Of a stretch of DNA of 64,000 nt, positions 10,969-17,911 are shown piece by piece. Origin of the DNA: Acidimicrobiales bacterium (GTDB taxonomy: Bacteria > Actinomycetota > Acidimicrobiia > Acidimicrobiales > Bog-793); NCBI GenBank assembly GCA_035625025.1, contig DASPQJ010000054.1, positions 71,764 through 135,763 of the forward strand. Direction: 5' to 3'. The stretch's first letter is position 1, and each line of letters opens with the position of its first letter. Below the pieces are notes generated by a model. That model saw only the letters and a program-made list of their open reading frames with translations, was not told the origin of the DNA and did no database searches. The translations under genes and the position numbers were made by a program.

Positions 10969-11625
10969 GTGTCGGCGACGGTTAGGGACGTCCTCGGGAC
11001 GATGTGGACTCCCAGCGAAGCGCTCGTTGCGGCGCTCTTGTCAGCACAGGCACGTCGTGCGATCGGCCCGGCGCCGATCGAGGACCATATCGCGCACGCG
11101 CTCGGTTTCCTCGGGACTTGGCCCGAACTCGCGGAGGCCGACACGGTGCTCGACCTCGGGAGCGGCGGCGGCCTTCCCGGTCTCGTTCTCGCGGCACGCT
11201 TGCCGAAAGTACGATTCTGTCTCCTCGAGGGAAGTGTCGAACGGGCCCGATCGCTCGAAATGGCGGTCCGAGGACTCGGCTGGACGGGTCGGGTGACGGT
11301 CCGAGGTGAGAGAGCCGAGGACGCGGCGCATCGGCCGGAAATGCGCGCCGCTTTCCCAGTCGTGGTCGCGCGTGGCTTCGGACCCCCTGCGGCGACGGCC
11401 GAGTGCGCGGCGGGCTTCCTCAGATCCGAAGGCGTTCTCGTGGTTTCCGGTCCACCTGGAGGTGCACCGGAGCAGTGGCCCGTCGGGCCCCTCGGTGGGT
11501 TGGGATTTGAGCTCGTTGAGGTCACGAAATCGCCCAGATCGTTCGTGATCCTCCGGCAGGTCAGGCCCTGTCCCGGCCGGTTTCCCCGGCGCGTCGGAGT
11601 ACCGGAGCACCGACCGTTGTTCTGA
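10969..11625 (+). CDS. rsmG: 16S rRNA (guanine527-N7)-methyltransferase RsmG/GidB
   Basis: SAM-binding motif VLDLGSGGGLPGLVLA and the conserved jag-rsmG-parA-parB order. Confidence 0.92.
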   Translation: MSATVRDVLGTMWTPSEALVAALLSAQARRAIGPAPIEDHIAHALGFLGTWPELAEADTVLDLGSGGGLPGLVLAARLPKVRFCLLEGSVERARSLEMAVRGLGWTGRVTVRGERAEDAAHRPEMRAAFPVVVARGFGPPAATAECAAGFLRSEGVLVVSGPPGGAPEQWPVGPLGGLGFELVEVTKSPRSFVILRQVRPCPGRFPRRVGVPEHRPLF

Positions 11626-11663
11626 TCGGCGGAGGTCGCTGTCCAGCTGAGAGATGCCCATCC

Positions 11664-12002
11664 TCAGGGCGACAAGGGGCGAGGGGGTTCGAAGCCGAGC
11701 TGGCGGCAACGGGCCCGCTGGCGGCTTCCCAGCCAAGGCCACATGCGACCGAGCGCTGCCAGGGCGAAACGACAGTTCAGGTTGCAACGAAATGTCGGGC
11801 GACGCGCGGTGCTTTCGATACCCGGGCGGGTCGCATACGGTCCGAGGACTCGGGATTCGACGATCTCGGCGTAGCGCCGCACGATGTCTTCATCGGTCAT
11901 GTTGAGTGCCATCCGGAGGTCGCGACCGCGGTTAATCGTGACGAAGGCTCCAGCTCCCTGGAAGATCCCTGCTGCCCAAGCCCATTCCGCGTCGCTGGCC
12001 AT
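11664..12002 (-). CDS. Hypothetical protein, LAGLIDADG-like fold with degenerate catalytic motif (free-standing, antisense to its neighbours)
   Basis: 112-aa ORF. The N-terminal AAGIFQGAGAF aligns to the LAGLIDADG motif (xAGxxDGDGxF), with Q and A replacing the acidic residues. The rest follows the expected domain layout (VTINRGRDLRMALNM / TDEDIVRRYAEIV / RRPTFRCNLN / ALAALGRMWPWLGSRQRARCRQL). Third-codon positions are visibly richer in A/T than in flanking genes. The call rests on pattern recognition only. Confidence 0.45.
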   Translation of the reverse strand: MASDAEWAWAAGIFQGAGAFVTINRGRDLRMALNMTDEDIVRRYAEIVESRVLGPYATRPGIESTARRPTFRCNLNCRFALAALGRMWPWLGSRQRARCRQLGFEPPRPLSP

Positions 12003-12027
12003 GGGGAATATGTACCACAGCGGAACT

Positions 12028-12043
12028 TGTTTCCCGTGGAACC
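12028..12043. promoter_or_regulatory. Degenerate parS-like palindrome upstream of parA
   Basis: TGTTTCCCGTGGAACC matches the canonical parS TGTTTCACGTGAAACA at 13 of 16 positions and lies about 115 nt upstream of the parA start. Confidence 0.3.
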
Positions 12044-12158
12044 TGCGAGCGGGCGGCCACGGGGCCGACCGCGGGCCCCGTCACTGGCGCTGGGCTGGCA
12101 CCCTTGACCTGCTGGTGGCGGACGTGGAGGATAGAGGCTCGCGATTCGACGCCACGAG

Positions 12159-13103
12159 GTGCCGAGCGGCACGCCAGACGATGGGGTGGGCCCGCCAACG
12201 AGAGGTCGGCGGGCGCACCGAAGATCAAGGTTCGGTTCGGCTCGAAAACCGGGCCGGAGACGGAAGGAGCTCGGCATCGCAGACGCACCGACGGGGGAAA
12301 CCAGGGAAGCAACGCGGCTCCACAGGCGGCGCCGGGGCAGTGCGCGACTGTTCGCGGTCGCCAATCAAAAAGGCGGAGTCGGGAAGACGACGACCACCGT
12401 CAATCTCGGTGCCGCGTTGGCCGAGCTCGGTTGGCGCGTACTTATCGTCGATCTCGATCCCCAGGGGAATGCCACGACGGGGCTCGGGGTGGAAGCCCGG
12501 AACTTCGACAACTCGATCTATGACGTCCTGCTGCACGATTTCCCGATTGAGGACTGCATCGAGCCTACGGAACTGAAGAACCTCTTTCTTGTTCCGGCGA
12601 CGATCGACCTTGCCGGTGCGGAGATCGAGCTTGTCTCGGCGATGAGCCGCGAGCTCCGGCTGCGCCGGGCCGTCGAAGCGGTGGTCGATGACTTCGCCTT
12701 CATCCTCATCGATTGCCCGCCGTCGCTCGGGCTGCTCACGGTCAACGGTCTGGCCGCGGCCACGGAAGTGCTCGTGCCCATTCAGTGCGAGTATTACGCC
12801 TTAGAAGGACTCGGCCAGTTGCTCCGGAGCGTCGAGCTCGTACGCGCGAACCTGAACCCGACGCTCGACCTCTCGACGATTCTTCTCACGATGTATGACG
12901 GCCGCACGAAGCTCGCTGACCAGGTCGTCGGCGAGGTCAGGAGGCACTTCGGTGACAAAGTCTGCCAGACGGTCATCCCGCGTTCGGTCCGCCTCTCGGA
13001 AGCCCCGTCGTTCGGCCAGCCGGTCACGGTGCACGATCCCCATTCGACCGGGGCTGTCGCCTACCGGGCCCTTGCAGAGGAGCTGAGCGGTGGCACGGCG
13101 TAG
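12159..13103 (+). CDS. parA: Chromosome partitioning ATPase ParA/Soj
   Basis: Deviant Walker A NQKGGVGKTTTTVNLG followed by ..LIVDLDPQGNATTGLG... GTG 12159 is the only canonical in-frame start upstream of the P-loop, giving an Arg-rich N-terminal extension as in other actinobacterial ParA proteins. Confidence 0.93.
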   Translation: MPSGTPDDGVGPPTRGRRAHRRSRFGSARKPGRRRKELGIADAPTGETREATRLHRRRRGSARLFAVANQKGGVGKTTTTVNLGAALAELGWRVLIVDLDPQGNATTGLGVEARNFDNSIYDVLLHDFPIEDCIEPTELKNLFLVPATIDLAGAEIELVSAMSRELRLRRAVEAVVDDFAFILIDCPPSLGLLTVNGLAAATEVLVPIQCEYYALEGLGQLLRSVELVRANLNPTLDLSTILLTMYDGRTKLADQVVGEVRRHFGDKVCQTVIPRSVRLSEAPSFGQPVTVHDPHSTGAVAYRALAEELSGGTA

Positions 13104-13992
13104 CGGGCTTGGCAAGGGTCTCGGAGCCCTCATCCCGAGCGAGCCGAGCCGCTCAGAATCATCGGGACTGCGGGAGATCGCCCTTGCGAGGATTCGGCCG
13201 AACCCGCATCAGCCACGCTCGCACTTCGACGAGGAGGCGCTCGCCTCGCTCGTCGACTCCATCCGGGCGGTCGGCGTTCTTCAGCCGGTGCTCGTTCGCG
13301 AGGCGGGCGACGAGGAATACGAGCTGATCGCGGGGGAGCGGCGCTGCCGGGCGGCGCGCCGCGCCGGTCTATTGGCGATTCCCGCCCTCATCCAGGTGGC
13401 CGACGACGCTTTGAGTCTCGAACAGGCGCTCGTCGAGAACCTCCACCGGGAGGATCTGAACCCCCTCGATGAGGCTGCTGCCTACCAGCAGCTCATCGAG
13501 GACTTCCACCTCACGCACGACTCGATCGCCCACCGTGTCGGCAAGAGTCGGGCCGCAATCTCCAACGCGCTCCGTCTTTTCCAGCTCCCTCCGGCGGTGC
13601 AGCGATTGATCCGTGACGGACAGCTGTCGGCAGGCCACGCGCGGGCGCTGCTCATGACTCCCGACCGTGAGCTGCAGGAGTCGCTGGCGAACCAGGCCGT
13701 CGCGGCCGGACTTTCAGTTCGTGCCCTGGAAGAACTCGTTCACGACCTCACAGAGACACCGGCCCCCGAGCCGCCGGCCGAGCCGACGACCCGTCCGGCG
13801 TCGACGAGAGCATCGGGCCTTCGTCCACCTGGCGTGCTCGAGCTCGAAGAGCTGCTCGCCGCGTATCTGAACACGCGGGTGCGGGTCGAGTTGAGGGCGA
13901 ATCGTGGTCGAGTGACAGTCGAGTTCGCGACCCTCGAGGACCTCGAGCGGATCTACCGGTTGATGATCGCCGAACCCTCAAGCCGCGGCTGA
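13090..13992 (+). CDS. parB: Chromosome partitioning protein ParB/Spo0J
   Basis: GLGKGLGALIP N-terminus, the ParB box ..YELIAGERRCRAARRAGL.., and the HTH region ..HDSIAHRVGKSRAAISNALRL... It overlaps the parA 3' end. Confidence 0.96.
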   Translation: MARRSGLGKGLGALIPSEPSRSESSGLREIALARIRPNPHQPRSHFDEEALASLVDSIRAVGVLQPVLVREAGDEEYELIAGERRCRAARRAGLLAIPALIQVADDALSLEQALVENLHREDLNPLDEAAAYQQLIEDFHLTHDSIAHRVGKSRAAISNALRLFQLPPAVQRLIRDGQLSAGHARALLMTPDRELQESLANQAVAAGLSVRALEELVHDLTETPAPEPPAEPTTRPASTRASGLRPPGVLELEELLAAYLNTRVRVELRANRGRVTVEFATLEDLERIYRLMIAEPSSRG

Positions 13993-14030
13993 GGGTTTGC
14001 CCGGGTGGCCATCTGCGACGCCCCCTGCTG

Positions 14031-14060
14031 TATAGGCACTCTGGTGCCAATATAGCTTTT
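14031..14060 (+). terminator. Possible intrinsic terminator after parB
   Basis: The hairpin is TATAGGCAC-tctg-GTGCCAATATA followed by GCTTTTC. It lies in an unusually AT-rich stretch about 40 nt past the parB stop. Confidence 0.3.
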
Positions 14061-14147
14061 CAACTGGGAGAACACATCCCAGCAACCGCGGGATGACATC
14101 CAAATGACAGGTGTGCGACCGCACTCGGCTAACGCGTCGGTGGAAGT

Positions 14148-14180
14148 TGATCCACAAGCTCATGCACAGCTTGTGGACGG
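14148..14180. promoter_or_regulatory. Perfect 10-bp inverted repeat with DnaA-box-like arms between convergent parB and cwlM-like genes
   Basis: TCCACAAGCT (14151-14160) - catgcac - AGCTTGTGGA (14168-14177). The arms embed TGATCCACA and TGTGGACGG, and the latter 9-mer is identical to the one at 6299-6307 in oriC. It could equally be a bidirectional terminator stem. Confidence 0.3.
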
Positions 14181-14187
14181 CGCGCGA

Positions 14188-15198
14188 TCACTCCCAAGCC
14201 GCGCCGACCCAGCGGGTGAGCGCGGCGACGACAACCCGGGCGAGTTCAGTCGTCTTCGGGATGACGATCTCCGGAGCTCCGAGCTGGATCTCGACGGCGG
14301 GCATGCGCGTCTCGCGCAGGATCGGCAGCGCCATCCCGACAACGCCGCCATCGTCGAGGCCGAGTGTGGCAGGGAGCTCGTCCTGGAGGAGTTCGGCGAG
14401 ACGACGACTGGCCGCGGACTCGTAGCGGAAACCGCGGTAGTACGCGGTGCGACACGAGCGGACCTCGGGAACGAGGAGCAACGCGATCAGGCAGTCGACC
14501 GCGGTCGCGTTCGCCTCGGCCGCCTGGCGAGACGGGTCGGGGTGGGAAAACGTGAGGGCCGCCGCGGCCCCGGCGTCGCGCAGCGCGCGGCAGACCGCGC
14601 TCGCGCCGGTCGCGAATCCACCCGGTTCGACGACCGCGACGCGTCGGCCGTGCAGGTCCGATGGACCGCGGGCCACGGCGAGCCTTTCCCGCAAGGGCGT
14701 GACGAGTTTCGATGCTCCCTCCCGGGTCGAGAACCGCTCGAGCTCGTCGAGCGTGCGTTTTCCCAGAATGCCGTCGGCTAGAAGTCCGGCATTCTGCTGA
14801 AAGTCCGTGAGCGCGGCGACGGTCTGATCGCCGAAGATCCCGTCGACCCGTCCGGGGTCGAAGCCGAGCTGACTCAACCGGCTCTGGAGTTCGGCGACGT
14901 CGTCACCGCGCAACATCGGGGTTCGCCGGTACAGGAGGCGTGAGCCAAACGGGAAGCCAGCCTCGACGAGCGCCGACCACGTCTCGGTGCCGCATCGACC
15001 GTCGGCGGACAGGCCTCGGTCGGCTTGAAAGGCGAGCACGGCCGCGGCGGTCGCCGCATCGAAGACGCCGGAGGGGTCGTCGTTCGCGAATCCGAGCTTC
15101 GACAACCGCGCCTGGAGATCGGCGACGGCTTCGCCCGTGTCACCTTCTGCCAAGGGCAGTGGCGTGCCGTCGGAGGGGTTGGGTGCGGTGCCGACCAC
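14188..15198 (-). CDS. cwlM: CwlM-like protein: two PG_binding_1 repeats plus a degenerate N-acetylmuramoyl-L-alanine amidase (Amidase_3) domain
   Basis: Two peptidoglycan-binding repeats are present (GEAVADLQARLSKLGF.., DDVAELQSRLSQLGFDPGRVDGIFGDQT..). The C-terminal amidase-like domain ends ..RETRMPAVEIQLG. The synteny with trxA-trxB and murJ matches M. tuberculosis Rv3915. Confidence 0.8.
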   Translation of the reverse strand: MVGTAPNPSDGTPLPLAEGDTGEAVADLQARLSKLGFANDDPSGVFDAATAAAVLAFQADRGLSADGRCGTETWSALVEAGFPFGSRLLYRRTPMLRGDDVAELQSRLSQLGFDPGRVDGIFGDQTVAALTDFQQNAGLLADGILGKRTLDELERFSTREGASKLVTPLRERLAVARGPSDLHGRRVAVVEPGGFATGASAVCRALRDAGAAAALTFSHPDPSRQAAEANATAVDCLIALLLVPEVRSCRTAYYRGFRYESAASRRLAELLQDELPATLGLDDGGVVGMALPILRETRMPAVEIQLGAPEIVIPKTTELARVVVAALTRWVGAAWE

Positions 15199-15268
15199 TC
15201 GGCCATGCTAGGTGGACAGGCGCGGCCCGGGCAGCGGTAGCCCAGGTCCTCGGCGGCGGGATCGGCTG

Positions 15269-15595
15269 CTACAGGTGAGGTTCGATGTCTGACAACAGCG
15301 CGGACTTGGCCTTCGCGCCGATGATGCGGACCTGGGTCTTTCCACCTTTGAAGAGGATCAGCGTGGGAATGCTCATTACTTCGAAACGGCGGGCAGTCGC
15401 GACGTTGTCGTCGACGTTGAGCTTGACGATACGCAGGCTCCCTTGCTTCTCCGCGGCGATCTCGTCGAGGATGGGCGCGATCATCTTGCACGGCCCGCAC
15501 CACTCGGCCCAGAAATCGACCAGGACCGGCGTGTCGGAGTGTGCCACCTCCTCGTCGAAGGTGCTGTCTGTCACCGCGAGCGTTCCTGCCGACAC
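15269..15595 (-). CDS. trxA: Thioredoxin
   Basis: 108-aa ORF with the active site FWAEWCGPCK. Confidence 0.97.
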   Translation of the reverse strand: MSAGTLAVTDSTFDEEVAHSDTPVLVDFWAEWCGPCKMIAPILDEIAAEKQGSLRIVKLNVDDNVATARRFEVMSIPTLILFKGGKTQVRIIGAKAKSALLSDIEPHL

Positions 15596-15698
15596 TTTGA
15601 TCCTCCCTGGAGTCGTCTCATTCGCGCGGTGGTCGCCGCCGCGCGAATGCCCTAAGTAGAACAGCGCGTCTGCCGGGGGAATTCCCCAGTTGAAACGG

Positions 15699-16700
15699 TC
15701 AGCCCCCTTCTACCGCCGTGAGGTAGCGGTCGGCGTCGAGCGCCGCCATGCAGCCCGACCCGGCGGCGGTGATCGCTTGCCGGTACTCGTGATCCTGGAC
15801 GTCACCGCAGGCGAAGACACCTGGGACGTTCGTTCGCGTGCCTTCGTGGGTCCGGATGTAACCCGCCGGGTCCATTTCGAGCTGTCCCCGGAACAGCTCC
15901 GTGTTCGGGGCGTGGCCGATCGCGACGAAACAGGCGTCGACTTGGAGCTCCCGTGACTCGCCGCTGGCGACGTCACGCAGCCGCAGACCGGTGACGTGGT
16001 TGTCGCCGAGGATTGCGGTGACGACGGCGTCGAAGACGAAGGAGATCTTCGGGTTGGAAAAGGCCCGATCCTGCATGATCTTCGACGCGCGCAGCTCCTT
16101 GCGGCGGTGGATGATGACAACCGACTCGGCGAAGCGTGAGAGGAAGGCCGCTTCTTCGAGGGCGGAGTCACCGCCCCCGACGACTGCGATCGACTTGTCC
16201 CGGAAAAAGAAGCCGTCGCACGTCGCGCAGGTCGAAACGCCGTGTCCCAGGAGTTCCGTCTCCCCGGGCACGCCGAGGCGGAGCGCCTGCGCGCCGGCCG
16301 CGACGATGATCGACCTCGTTCGGTAGGCAGGTTCCGATGCCGCGGCGCCGCTGGTCCAGACGGAAAAGGGCCGGGAGCCGAAGTCGACCCGGGAGACTTT
16401 GGCGGTGATGATCTCGGCGCCGAAACGCTCCGCCTGGGCGCGGATACGTTCCATGAGGTCCGGGCCCATCACGCCCTCGGGGAATCCCGGGAAGTTTTCG
16501 ACCTCGGTCGTCAGCATCAGCTGGCCGCCCGGCTGGTCGCTCGTCGAGGAGGGTTCGCCCGCGATCACGAGCGGTCGCAGATCGGCGCGGGCGGCGTAGA
16601 GAGCGGCCGTCAGTCCCGCCGGTCCGGAACCGATGACGACCACGGCACGGCTGCCGGCTTCGGTTCTCGTCGAGTTCGCGTCAGGTGTCCGGTCAGCCAT
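15699..16700 (-). CDS. trxB: Thioredoxin-disulfide reductase
   Basis: FAD motif VVVIGSGPAGLTAA, redox-active CATCDG, and NADPH motif VVGGGDSALEEA. Confidence 0.97.
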   Translation of the reverse strand: MADRTPDANSTRTEAGSRAVVVIGSGPAGLTAALYAARADLRPLVIAGEPSSTSDQPGGQLMLTTEVENFPGFPEGVMGPDLMERIRAQAERFGAEIITAKVSRVDFGSRPFSVWTSGAAASEPAYRTRSIIVAAGAQALRLGVPGETELLGHGVSTCATCDGFFFRDKSIAVVGGGDSALEEAAFLSRFAESVVIIHRRKELRASKIMQDRAFSNPKISFVFDAVVTAILGDNHVTGLRLRDVASGESRELQVDACFVAIGHAPNTELFRGQLEMDPAGYIRTHEGTRTNVPGVFACGDVQDHEYRQAITAAGSGCMAALDADRYLTAVEGG

Positions 16701-17022
16701 GCGCCGTCCTCTTGCTCGGTCTTCCGCTCAGTGCCCAACACAACATCCCGGCGGCGAGGAAGATTCCGCCGAGCAGCAGGTCGGTCGCCCAGGCGCGTCC
16801 GGAAAAGACCGAGGTGTCGAATAGGCGGATCAAGCCGACCGCGCCGACCGACACGAGGACGAGGACGAGCGTCAGGACGACGGCCGCGAGCACGAGGGCC
16901 CGCACGGCGACGAACACCGGGTGCAGCACGCGCTCTCGGACATCGCCGATGAGTAGGTCGACGACGCCGGCTACCCGTGCTGCCCAGTCCTGTTCCCCAG
17001 AGGTCTTCTCGTCCCGGTTCAT
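16693..17022 (-). CDS. Small hypothetical membrane protein (2-3 predicted TM helices), translationally coupled to trxB
   Basis: 109-aa ORF with hydrophobic stretches (VFVAVRALVLAAVVLTLVLVLVSVGAVGLI, LLLGGIFLAAGMLCWAL). Its stop overlaps the trxB ATG as ATGGCTGA. I recognise no family. Confidence 0.5.
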   Translation of the reverse strand: MNRDEKTSGEQDWAARVAGVVDLLIGDVRERVLHPVFVAVRALVLAAVVLTLVLVLVSVGAVGLIRLFDTSVFSGRAWATDLLLGGIFLAAGMLCWALSGRPSKRTAHG

Positions 17023-17071
17023 GAGCGTGAGATTACGGCAAGGTGCACGCCGCCGGGTGACCCCGCCCGCG

Positions 17072-17911
17072 TCATTTGATTAGGGGGAACAGCGCGATCG
17101 TGCCCGGCCCGGTGTGGGCACCGATGATCGGCCCGATGTAGGAAACGAGGGTCTCGGCGGGGGGGAAGATCGGCGCGAGCAGGTCGAGAAAGACATCGAT
17201 GTCATCGGCATCGGCGTTCCCGACGGCCAGCCTCTTCAAGGGCCCCAACGACGTCGCTTTTGAAGCGAGGTACTCGAGAGACCGCGCCCGGGTCCGCTGA
17301 CGGGACTCGGCCTCGACCACGCCGTTGCGCACGACGATCACCGGCTTGATCGACAGGAGCGAACCGAAGAATGCCTGGGCGTTGCCAATCCGCCCGCCCC
17401 GGCGCAGGTACTCCAGAGTGTCGAGGGTTCCGTAGACGAAAACCTTCGGGACCTCGGCCTGGACGGTGGCCGCCGTCCGCGCAAAATCCGCGCCGGATTC
17501 GACGAGGTCCGCCGCCTCCAGGACGAGCAGCCCCTCGGCGACCGAGGCGGCGAGCGAGTCGATGACGGCGACGGGGAACTTGCCCTGGAAGGGCTCGGCG
17601 CCGGCTCGAGCCGCCTGGTAGGTGGCCGAGAGTCCCGACGAGATCGTGACGCAGACGACCCCGGCGCTGCCGTCGTCGGCCGCGGCGGCAAAGACTTCAT
17701 GGAACGCTCCCGGCGCGGGCGCCGAGGTCTCGGCGAGCGCCGGGGATTGCCGGGCCAGCTTCCAGAACTGCTCGGCGGAGATCCCCCTTAGGTCGGCGGC
17801 GTCGAAGTCGCCGAGTCGCACGTCGAGGGGCACAACTATGACGTTGTGCTTGGCAAGGAGCTCGTCGGGCAGGTCGCACGCGTTGTCAGTGACGATGCGA
17901 ATCGGCTTCAC
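17072..17911 (-). CDS. DegV family fatty-acid-binding protein
   Basis: The C-terminal 279 codons of the 410-aa track ORF read VKPIRIVTDNACDLPDELL..VVPLDV..TSAPAPGAF..VVCVTISSGLSATYQAA.. The likely start is GTG 17911, preceded by GGAAAGGGAAG, and it overlaps the murJ 3' end by 26 nt. Confidence 0.85.
   Translation of the reverse strand: MKPIRIVTDNACDLPDELLAKHNVIVVPLDVRLGDFDAADLRGISAEQFWKLARQSPALAETSAPAPGAFHEVFAAAADDGSAGVVCVTISSGLSATYQAARAGAEPFQGKFPVAVIDSLAASVAEGLLVLEAADLVESGADFARTAATVQAEVPKVFVYGTLDTLEYLRRGGRIGNAQAFFGSLLSIKPVIVVRNGVVEAESRQRTRARSLEYLASKATSLGPLKRLAVGNADADDIDVFLDLLAPIFPPAETLVSYIGPIIGAHTGPGTIALFPLIK

Noticed and set aside
11041-11787. 248-aa minus-strand ORF overlapping rsmG
   Set aside because: It is antisense to the well-supported rsmG frame, and its Arg/Pro/Ser-rich composition is low-complexity.
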